This document shows, piece after piece, positions 25,781 through 36,294 of a DNA stretch of 64,000 nucleotides (its first letter is position 1; each line of letters begins with the position of its first letter). The notes under the pieces were generated by a model, which had not been told where the DNA came from, did no database searches, and was given only the letters and a program-made list of their open reading frames with translations. Made by a program: the position numbers and the translations under genes. Origin of the DNA: Hemiscyllium ocellatum (lineage: Eukaryota); NCBI RefSeq assembly GCF_020745735.1, contig NW_026867470.1, forward strand, positions 1-64,000, given 5' to 3'.

Positions 25781-28489
25781 CTCATTTTTAGCAAGGCAAT
25801 CACACATTATATTTCTTGATTCCAGGGAAGTATAGTGTTAAATTAATGAAATATGATGATTGGGATGTTTCAATTGGAAATTGTCAGATATTTAAAGTTT
25901 ACTTTCATGAGCAATTAATCCCAGCCTCATTGTGTCACAGTACTCACAGGAATGTCTTTCAGAAATGGTGTCTCCCTTTGTTATGGGCAGTCGAATCAGT
26001 AAATCTGGGATAGTTTTTGCTTGTTAAACAAAGGTGTTAAAGAGCTTTAGCCAAAGGGAGACCTGTGGATTGAGCTCACAGATGCACCATGATCTAAGTA
26101 AGTGGGGGAACAACTAGAGGGGCTGAGTGCCCTCCTCTTGTTCCTACCTTCCTATCATTGTGTCATTCATTAAGCTAGCACTGGCCGTGAATACTTTTGA
26201 TTAAAATATTTCGATAAATTAATTGTTTCACACATGCTTTAAAAAAAACTTCTGTTGATTATTTTGAACGGGATCACTGACATTCTCTATTTGAGTGATC
26301 AAAATAACTTCCACCCAATTACAGCAGCCACTGCACTCTGCAGTGTGTTGTTACTTCATAATAGTTTCTTGTGAAACTACAGCTCGAGATCAGGGCACTC
26401 AAATTCAATAACATCTCTGAACATTTGCAATTTGTTCAAATGCATCCTTTCTCTGAAGAACGTGTTTAATCGAACAGAACGTTTTTCAATGAAACAACAA
26501 ACTTTAAATGCTAGAAAACCAAAATAAAGACAGAAACTTCTGAAGAAACTCAGCAGGTCTAGCAGCTCCTGTGGAGAGAAGGCAAGATTAACCTTTCCCA
26601 TCCAGAGACCCCCTCTTCACCAAATTGTTTTCATGTTTTTGGCACAAGAGCTCACACCCGTTGAGATAAACAGTGATTCCGTTGGCTTGACTCCTGTTGG
26701 AAAAAGGATTCTTAGCAGAGGTACTGGATGGTCTGAGATAGCAATGGAAGACCAACTGAAAAGCTATCACCATCTGCTGCAAGTGTTGGATTCAACGGAA
26801 ACCCCCACAGTACTGAACAATCAAATTCAGCTACAGCACTGGTTTAATATAAAGTAAAACAGCCTAAGCAAAATCTCATCAAATATACTTTGAAAATGTT
26901 TCATTCGGGATTATTTATAAATGATATTGTTAGAACAGCAAGTCAAAAGCTGGGATTTCTTTGAGCACTTACTCCATTAACCCCATCTAGCGATGCCCAA
27001 AAGCTTGTGAACAAATATTGATCTGGAAAAAGCTGCTAACCACCAAAATTCTGTTTAATGTCTAAGAGACACAAGTCAGGACAGCGATTGAATAGATTTC
27101 ACTGGCCTCTGTGAGTGGAATTCCAACAAACACCCAAACATCTCAATCTGCTTTCTTGTACTGAAGTAACCTGATAAGAGATGGTGTTACATACCTCTCT
27201 AACAGGTTGTAAGTGAACACAGGCCACCTGGCACAGAATCAGGGACCCTACCACAACATCACAACAGACCTGAACACAATGAGCTCGACACTATCACGGA
27301 GAACACAGCTCACCTGTTTTGACAGTTTATAAACCATGTTAGTTATTAACACCTTCCAACAACCAGGGATTGTTCCAGAATGTTTGTACAATGAAAGTAA
27401 CATTTCAACATTTATCCAAGAATACTTTGACAGCTGGTCCAAATTGTTCAAACTCGATGGGAACTACAGAGCAATAAAACTAGGAATTGCATTGCCATCA
27501 ATTCACTGTCACTAGATTCCAACCTCGAACTCCCTTCCTCTTTCCCCTGTGAATGTTGCTGCACCAGACGGTCTACTTAGTTTGAAAAAGATTATAATGT
27601 TTTGAAGTGTAATAAGACCATTGCCAGTAACATTAAAAGCTGATAATTAGTTTTCAAATAATAAGATGCAAAAAAAATTCTGATTTTACATTGTGCCACG
27701 AAACATCTCCTGCATAACTGAGGCACAAAGAAAATATGCAGCATATTTCCCTCTGCCTCGCTCAATCAAATATCTCTTGTTGTCAACAACCAATTTCAAA
27801 ACTCTTGCTATCTGCCTTTTGTTCCTGAAACGTTCGTTCTGATTGGAACAACTTAGTCAGGGCTCTCAATTCTGAGGCACCTAATCAAATATTGTATTTC
27901 TGGCAGATAAAAGTGGTTTTGAAGCGCGAGATAAAATTGAACTGTCAGAGACTCAGGTATCCGAACTGGACAATTTATAAATGGTCAGGACCGTGGACAA
28001 GTTAGTCAGAGATAGCACTGAAACAAACTATACAACAGACTTAATCCCAGAGGATACATTGCTCAACTCCTCACGTCAAATATATTCACTGTAATTGAAT
28101 ATTCATCAGAGGAACTAACCAGTGGATTAATGTGAACGAGAATGTATTCACAATAAATATAAATAACCACTGAGTTCATAAACTTAATAAGTCATTGTAT
28201 TTAACAAAATTATTGAGGTGGGAAATATCGCCAATTAAAGCACAGATCTGGAGGAAATGGATTATTCTCTAAATTATTTTTACATATTCTTAAAACGTTC
28301 CTCGAATTGTGGAGACTTTGCATGCACTGCATAAACAATACTGCATTCCAGTGTGGAAAGCATTTCTGTTGAAGGAATTAGGGCAAGGTTATTTTCTTGT
28401 TAACTGCTTGTAATGAACGAAAATGTTGAAAAAGGTATGAATTGAAAACATGCTTCTGTCTGGAGTTGCCCACTTTAACGGATGTCTAA

Positions 28490-28790
28490 GTAAATATGGC
28501 ACTGCTGCCTCACAGATCCAGGTACCCAGGCTCGGTTCCAGCCTCGGGTGACGGCCTATGTGGAGTTTACACAATCTCCCCTGTGTCTGTGTGGATTTCC
28601 TCCCAAAATCCAAAGATGTGCAAGTCAGGTGAACTAGTCATGCTATATTGTCTATAGTGTTAGGTGCATTAGTCAGGGGTAAATATAGGGTAGGGGAATG
28701 GGTCTGGGTGGGTTACTCTTCAGAGGGTCGGTGTGGACTTGTTGGGCCAAATGGCCTGATACATACTGCAGGAAATCTAATCTAAATGAT
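28490..28790 (+). mobile_element. V/HE1-type SINE
   Basis: GCACTGCTGCCTCACAG...GGTTCCAGCCT...GTGTGGAGTTT...GTGGACTTGTTGGGCC body. Confidence 0.8.
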
Positions 28791-29019
28791 TGTCACACTG
28801 GACTAATGTGAGCAGATTCCTTCAGATCGCTACATTGCAATAAATCGATCAAGTATATTAGTTAAAATAAATATGACTCTATTTTCAGTGTTTGAATAAA
28901 CAATGTGCTCTGTTATCCTCTAGTTCATGTCTTCTGCAAATTTGTGAACTCTGCATACGCCTGAACACATCGATGTAAAATGAATTTTCTGCGTTTGCAG
29001 CAAGTACTCCCATGGTTTT

Positions 29020-29370
29020 AAGAGGAGAGTTCCTACAGTATGGAAACAGGCCATTTGGCCCAACAATTCCACACTGACCCTCTGAACAGTAAGTAGCCCA
29101 CCCAGACCCATTCCCCCTAATTTATATTTGTCCTTGACTAATGCACCCTAACCTAGACATCCCTGAACACTAGGGCTGTGCTAAACTGCACAATCACCTG
29201 ACCTGCACATCTTTTGGACTGTGGTAGGAAACCACAGCGCCCGAAGGAAACCCACACAGACACAGGGAGAATGTGCAAACTCCACACAGGCAGTCACCCG
29301 AGGGTGGAATCAAATTTGGGACCCTGGCGCTGTGAGGCAGCAATGCCAATCACTGAGCCACCATGCTGCC
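29020..29370 (-). mobile_element. V/HE1-type SINE, inverted relative to the copy at 28490
   Basis: Reverse complement of the same SINE body. Confidence 0.8.
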
Positions 29371-30978
29371 CTGGAGTTCATGAGTGGATTACTTTAATTA
29401 ATTCGAAATTTGGTTGGTCACATAATTCACTATAGCAGTTGTTTCCCGAAGAATGACTCTTCAGTTGATATTTTGTTGTAAAATGTAACTATTTATTTAA
29501 AATGCACAGATTGGGAACACCTAAAGCACTGTGCAGGTTAAATAATTCAGTTAATGTTTTATTTTTATCCTGCAAATCCAGTTTAATCAGGGACATAACA
29601 ATTAATTAACTCAAGTTATATGTGAAACTGATCAAAGCAGTGAAACTGATCTGTTCTTCATAGAATTGAGCAGAATTTCCAAATGGTCTTTGCCAATGAT
29701 CTTTTCCAGCCAGAAAATATGTATGTAGTGTACAGCGGAATTGAAAGGTGTTTCTTGATCAATTATAGCACAGTCATGGCAGTGCAAGAGCAAGAACAAT
29801 TAGAACATTAGACTTTTGAAATTCTATTTATATTTCTCTATGACTTGTAAACTGCTTAAAGACAGACCTTGTGATTGAACTAGATAGTTGAGTTTCGAAT
29901 TTGGATTGTAAAGCATGGATTAGATTAATCCTTAATTACTTATTTTAAGTGAAAATAGCACCTGAAGGTATCTGTTTTCCCTTCATTTCTAAAACCTTTG
30001 CGATTTGCCTTTCACTTTATAGTAGACTTTATGAAATTTTAACTCGCATGCTGATTGCATTGAATGAGGAAAGAGCAGTTCACTGTCACCAACCGTGTTA
30101 ACATTGCAAAAACAATGTAGAAACCAGAAACGGTTTCCCAAATATAACACATTTAATGTTACCCAAGCACAGTCCCTCCTCAACAGATCAACGATCACCA
30201 GATCACAACACGGTGTGTTTGCAGCAGAACTAGCTCTGCAAACATTTTCAACAGAACCAAGAACATGATGTCACCTCACAAATAAAACCAAATTGAAGTC
30301 TAACAAAGCTGCTCAGAATCAAGCAAACTAATGATTAAACTGAATAGAAATAACAGGTCATAATAGCAACCTTGTTTGTGAGGGGACTTAACACTTAAAG
30401 CTGTAACGTTTCTGGCAATAGTTCAATTTATTTCTAACCTGCACACCCTTCCTGATCATGACAATCTTGTGCAGCGCACAGTAGAGTGGGGTTGAAGGCA
30501 TATATTGATTAATCACCTCATGGTCAAAACAAAATTACTGAATGGACAAATATTACCACATTATAATTTTAAGTTAGTTTCAATTACGTGATCTGATCAA
30601 TTCTGCAGTTTCAGATTTAGGTCCCAAATTTTATTTTGAATGAGGCTACTCAAAACAAAATTCAGTTCGTTTACAATTAGAACGGAGTTTTTTTTAAAAA
30701 GTCAATCCATTAAAAACTCGTTTTTTTTTCATTTCTCACACATCTGGGTTTCTGCCTTAAGTTGTTTTTCAGACCGTTACAAATGGATGTCCTGTTTTCA
30801 ATCAAGCAGAGAAAAACGTGTCATATAAGTTTAACAAATGCAGAAATGATTCATGAAAAACAAAAGAACTTCACAAATATTGATAATGAAAAGTATTCCA
30901 GAGAGTCAATCTCCTCACCAGAAAGAAAACATCGATTCAGAAAGCATGAAAACGCAGATCAATTTCACAAACTGAATA

Positions 30979-31262
30979 AGAATCCAATCAACTCAATTCA
31001 ACAGAATCAAGGAAAATAAAATCAGAATCCAATCAACTCAAAACAACAGATTTGAATGAAACATAATCAGAATCCAACCAATTCAATTCAACAGAATCAA
31101 ATAAAACCATTTCAAAAGTCAATCAACACAATTCAACAAAACCAAGTAAAAACAAAGTCAGAATCCAATCAACACAGTTCAACCCGAATCAACTAAAACA
31201 AAGCCAAAATCCAATCAACTCAATTCAACAGTAAAACAAACTCCGAATCTAATCAACAGAAT
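30979..31262. repeat. 45-46 bp AT-rich tandem repeat, about 6.5 copies, in the J-C intron
   Basis: AGAATCCAATCAACTCAATTCAACAG core starts at 30979, 31024, 31069, 31114, 31160, 31206 and about 31244. Confidence 0.85.
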
Positions 31263-31775
31263 GCAATATAGCACCGCAAGAAACTTTGATGACAGTTTCT
31301 AACCTGCTTGTCATCAACAAAATTAACAAAATAAATGAGAAAATATAATCATGGTAAGAACATATATTCAAGAAATGAATAATGATATTTTAGCATATTT
31401 TAGTCATGTTTGGTAATATCTTGAACATCTTTGAATTCGTAGCATTTGTTGTTGATAATAAAACTCACAGTCAGGGTGTCACTGACATTAAACATTATTT
31501 ATAGCTGACTGATTAAGAGACATTAGGTGTTTCAAGTAACCCAGCCACATAGAATGTCCATCTGATCAAAAAAAAGAGATACACTGAGCAAATGACTCCA
31601 TCATCACCATTTTAACTATTTGCTGAGCCTTAACTGAAGTCTATAATCAGTCTGAACAAAAATCAATCCGAACCAAACCAAACTCAGCACAGAATCTGAG
31701 TTTCATTTAATTCAGAAATTAGTCACATGAATAGAAAGTTTTTAAAAAGTCACTAAGAATGTTCAAAGTTCTTAC

Positions 31776-31814
31776 CTGAAGTCACTGTCACCATGGTCCC
31801 TTGGCCCCAAATAT
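31776..31814 (-). CDS. IGHJ: JH segment with 5-nt D-like 5' remnant (joined DJ)
   Basis: ATATT TGG GGC CAA GGG ACC ATG GTG ACA GTG ACT TCA G|gtaag = WGQGTMVTVTS. Phase-1 donor matches Cmu1. Confidence 0.93.
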
Positions 31815-31842
31815 CACTGTGAGACACGTTGTGTCAAATACT
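31815..31842 (+). other. 12-bp-spacer RSS flanking DJ
   Basis: Heptamer CACTGTG (31815-31821), spacer AGACACGTTGTG, nonamer-like TCAAATACT (31834-31842). Confidence 0.8.
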
Positions 31843-31864
31843 ATGACAGACTGTAAACTGTAAA

Positions 31865-31887
31865 ATGCAAATAATTTCTTCACTTCC
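31865..31887 (-). promoter_or_regulatory. Octamer plus ETS/IRF-like composite site
   Basis: ATGCAAAT at 31865-31872. GGAAGTGAAG on the minus strand at 31878-31887. Confidence 0.4.
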
Positions 31888-32145
31888 TAGAAAGCAGTGA
31901 TTCAGACTCCTCGAAAAATGATTTGGTGCATTATTTCAGCGTTTACTATTCATTGTATTTTGAAAGCTTGGAATACTTTTCCAGGTTTGGTCTGCATTTA
32001 ACTTGACAATCAACACGAAGAAGGTAGAAAACAATTCTACATTTGTACAAACTAGCACGACTGGATTGTGTTTAAATTGCATCTCACATTATTTCTCGCT
32101 CCTGCCACGGTAGAAATCACCAATTTGAGATAAATCCTTGTCAGT

Positions 32146-32183
32146 GGTTATTGTATGAGGATGTCGCTGTGCACAGCACTGTG
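32146..32183 (-). other. 22-bp-spacer RSS 3' of VD
   Basis: CACAGTG (32183-32177), 22-nt spacer, ACAATAACC (32154-32146). Confidence 0.92.
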
Positions 32184-32498
32184 ACCCACTGTAGTATCTT
32201 GCACAGTAATAGATGGCGGTGTCTTCGATCTTCAGGTTAGTCATCTCCAACGCGAAAATGATGTTTGAAGTGTCTTTGGACGCACTAAATCGACCCTTAA
32301 TCGCTGGTGCATAGTTATTGTCGGATGAACTATAGTAGCTAACCAGCCACTCCAGACCCTGGCCGGGAACCTGGCGGACCCAGTGCATGTAGTAGCTGCT
32401 GAGATCGAACCCGCTGGTTTTACAGGTCAGTGTCAGGCTGCCTGAGGGACGGCCAGTCTCTGCCTCTGGCTGGGTCAAAACAACCTCCGACTGGACAC
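32184..32498 (-). CDS. IGHV: VH exon, intact, with D-like 3' extension (joined VD)
   Basis: tttttttaaag|GT GTC CAG TCG GAG. Encodes [47 protein letters not shown]...DTAIYYCAR with conserved Cys, Trp and Cys, followed by TAC TAC AGT GGG T. Confidence 0.96.
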
Positions 32499-32627
32499 CT
32501 TTAAAAAAAGACAAGAAATAAACCATGAGCGTTAATGCTGATGAAAGGATGGCTGTGCCTTTTACATTCCTGAGGTAGACTAACATTGAGACAGCAACAA
32601 AGACAGACTTAAACAAAAAACACTCAC

Positions 32628-32676
32628 ATGATAAGAAAGTCAGTAATAAACTGAGAAAAATTGTCGACACAATCAT
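32628..32676 (-). CDS. IGHV: VH leader exon (signal peptide)
   Basis: ATG ATT GTG...TTA TCA T|gtgagt = [16 protein letters not shown]. Phase 1, 129-nt intron. Confidence 0.93.
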
Positions 32677-32762
32677 TCTGATAACTTCTGGGAAGCGGTT
32701 CTGTCAAGATCTTTCTAAACAAAGCCGACCCAGGCGTGTTGAATTACGGTCCAGTGCCTAGG

Positions 32763-32815
32763 ATTTATATGGCTATCGGAAAGGGCAGGCTCACAGCTTC
32801 CGCCTGTTGGTTTCC
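32763..32815 (-). promoter_or_regulatory. VH promoter: TATA box with upstream ETS-like GGAA cores
   Basis: TATAAAT at 32769-32763, about 90 nt before ATG. GCGGAAG and CAGGAAA lie just upstream. I saw no octamer nearby. Confidence 0.55.
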
Positions 32816-33039
32816 TGCTGGAGACTGAGACTGGATCCTGGTCTCAGCTTGCACAGCCCCAACACATGGGCTCATGTCTTTACGAGGTTATGCTTAAACA
32901 TGGATATATACACATCTTGGGATATTTATTTTGCTGAATAGCTTCTTTGGGAGTTTTTTTTTAATGGTGGAAGTAAAATTGAGTACCTTCAGGTCTATTT
33001 CACATGATAGTTGCAAGTATTTTGTTTTAAAATAAATTC

Positions 33040-33485
33040 ATTCGGAAGTTAGCTCCCTTTATTTCTACATTCACAAACAGATAAAACTAAAATCGAAGTT
33101 CAAACGTATTACTAGCTAGTAAAACAATTGAGTTTTTTCCCAGGACACTGCCAGTCTCTGTCCCACTACAAAATAACATGTAATTCATACTAAACATTTC
33201 AAAATTCAATTTAGGCAACTGAATACAGAGCGTGTCCAAAGTGATTATATTCAGAATATTCAATTAGAAGTTAACTCCCTTTAATTCTACATTCCACCAC
33301 AAGCAGATAAAGCTAAAAAGAACTTCAATCATATTATTAACCAACAAAATGAGTGACTTTATTTTTGCTGTCACTCAACGTCTCTCTCACTTTACAAAAT
33401 AACATCCCATTTCTAATCTGCGTTTCTAAATTCCATTTAGGCAACCTAATATGGAGCAGGACTAAAGTGATTATGTTCAGAATGT
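33040..33485. repeat. Old tandem duplication, two units of about 220 bp
   Basis: GAAGTTA(G/A)CTCCCTTTA...CAAAATAACAT...ATTTAGGCAAC...AAAGTGATTAT(A/G)TTCAGAAT occurs twice in tandem. Confidence 0.75.
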
Positions 33486-34702
33486 GAGTGGATATCACGA
33501 ACCAGTTTGGACCCGGAGATTAGAAGCACCTCCTTACATTGCAGAATGTCTCTCCTTGCATCTTTTTTTTCAAATTTTTTAAAATGCATAGTAAAGGAAA
33601 GCTGTGTGCCTGAGAAACAAAAAGTGAGTTGGCAGTGATACATAACACCTAGGTAAACTTTTGAAAGAGCATCTAATGAACTAAAACAGGACAGTCCATA
33701 CTTTTTTTTAAAAATCCTCAACATCTAAACCATTGCAGGTAACTGTCTGGGTACATCAGGAGTGTTTGGTTAAATTAGAGAGTATTACAATAATCATTAC
33801 CACGAATGTAGGTTATAAACAGTACATTTCTCTGCTCACTGATAGCTCTGACAGGGGCAGTTAACTCATAAAAATAAGCAGAAATTCGCTGTTACACGAC
33901 ACCAGTGTTAACCATGTATAAAGGGCCCACTCAGTTTTAATGAGATAAATGAATCAGAGAATGGTGTACCAAGTGATGTGAGTTTGAACCAATTCAAGTT
34001 TGTTAATTTACTTTGAGATGATAACAAATGTTACTGCAATGTGGGATTTTGGATCCATTAACTTCATATTCAGGAGCTTTAAAGATACTCAATAAACAGG
34101 CTGAACTAACCAGAATGTCACTGCATTCAATGTCCTGTTTCTGATAGTCATACAGTGAATGCTGTATCCAGTGACTCCTTTTTAAAGAAGAAATGCCAAG
34201 TGAAATGTATCCATTGTGAGTAAATGGGAAAATATAGTTTGTTTGGCATGATTTTACTTTAGTTGATTCATTTTCCCTTTAATCGGCCAGATACAATAGT
34301 TGGCAGCAATTAAGCTGACAGCAGAAAAGGTCCTTGAGTTTCCAGGTTCATTGACTGGAAGCAGGTGGAGTTTCTGCAGGGGATCAAAGATATTTTGTCT
34401 CACTGTTGACCAGTTGGTGGAAAACAAACTGCAGACCATAACCACTGCCTCTGCAGAAACAAATCTACTCAGCAACAATACTGGAGAAAAGTTTATTTTT
34501 CAGTTGTGAAACTTGGAGAACTAGTCACTCCTCTCATTGAAGGAAATATTCGCAGAGTCTCAGACACAACCTAAACATCAACAGTTCATTCGAGGATCAC
34601 TACAGCACTGTTTAATGTTGAGAAAAATTGATAAATAGTCATAGAGTCATGGAGTGATACAGCATGGAAACAGACACTTCAGTCCAACCAGTCCATGCCA
34701 GT

Positions 34703-36294
34703 CATAATTGTTTTTGTATTCACTAAAATTGTATGCAAGAATGAAACGTGACTGCAAAACAATGGTAGATATTACAGACGAATAGATAAGATGCTGTGAG
34801 GGGAGGGAGTTAAGCTAGATACGCCTGTCCAAACAATAGGTATAAACATTAGATATTCATTTACTTATCCAAATGTCTTCTATAGGTTGTAAGTATCCAC
34901 CACCAGATCATCCCAGACACAAACCATTCTCTGTGTAAAAAGTTGTCTCTGATATCATTTTAAAAATTTTTCTCCTCTCATTGTAAAACATGTTCCCTAT
35001 TGTTGAAATCCCCCACCATAGGGAAAATACAACAATGTCTGGGTCAAAAATTGAAAACAATCCCAGCTCCAAACATTTACAAAATATTACTATGGATCTT
35101 CCTTGAGTCCAAAAAAGATTGTCCCCTTTGATCAATGATTTGTAAAATTTATTCGCGTATCTAATGTGATGGACGTTTTCAATTAACTTCTGAAATGCAA
35201 GTGGTTCACATCAATCGTATTAAAGTGACATTTCGTGTGTGACCCCACACACAAAAAAAACAAGTTTGTTGACATGAGTTGCTCTGAGGAAGTCTACGAT
35301 GAATTCTTTTATCAAACAAAATCATTTCCAGTGTTGTGAGGGCTTGTCTATCTTCTGTGCAATGGTCTGAATTTTGAAGTTGTGTCTGACTGCAGATGAA
35401 ACTGGCTGCTCTGGGTAAAAGTACAGTTTGCGCCTTTCACATTGTTAATGTATATTGCTGACTTTAGTTGAATAAAGGGATGTTGCCCCAGGCATCGTCT
35501 GGCACCATTAATTAGACCATTAATTTCCACATCACTCGCCAGAGGATCAGGTGGAGTTTATTGATATGTGATATTTTTGAAACGAAAGTTTCGCACATTT
35601 CCAGGATGAATCATGTAAATTAGAGCCATTCACCTTTCCGCTCATGGCTTTATAAACTTATATGAGGTCACCCCCCGAACTCTCACCCTCCAGTGAAACA
35701 AGTTCCAGTCTATCTGGATTTCCAACGGTAACTTTGTTCCCTCACATTCTGCTGTTAAAGATCCTCCTGCCACCCCAGGTCCACAGAGAGTGTCCCTTGA
35801 TACTAGTTCAAAGAAATGAAAGGAACTTGTCCCAGCATATTGTTCAATTTTATTTGGCTTCAAACACCATAAAAAATAAATGTTCATGTCATTGCTGATT
35901 TATGGGAGAATTCCGTTTACACAGTATCTGCTGAAATACCTGCGGTACCATCCTGAATCTGGTTCGCAGGTTCACCTGTTGCTCACAAATGCAACCAGAC
36001 ATCAGGGAACAGTGTGTGGGATATAGGTAAAGTAGTGTTACTTCTGCATTTTTAATTACTTATACAAAGTAAATGAACTCACACCAGTGTGTAATTGTTT
36101 CAGCCAAGAGCTGAGTCAACAAGAATGGAAATGATGTGGAGGAAATACATAATTGTTTTTGTATTCACTAAAATTGTATGCAAGAATGAAACGTGACTGC
36201 AAAACAATGGTAGATATTACAGACGAATAGATAAGATGCTGTGAGGGGAGGGAGTTAAGCTAGATACGCCTGTACAAACAATAGGTATAAACAT
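34703..36294. repeat. Near-identical 147-bp direct duplication (34703-34849 and 36148-36294)
   Basis: CATAATTGTTTTTGTATTCAC...GGTATAAACAT. I saw one mismatch. Confidence 0.88.

Noticed and set aside
32165-32177. Palindrome GCTGTGCACAGC in the 22-RSS spacer, resembling a signal joint or a second heptamer (CACAGCG)
   Set aside because: It leaves only 10 nt to the nonamer (outside 12 plus or minus 1), and there is no outward-facing second nonamer. Most likely ordinary spacer sequence.
32089-32676. 195-aa ORF as a single-exon protein
   Set aside because: It is leader, intron, VD and read-through across the RSS. The real product needs splicing and rearrangement.
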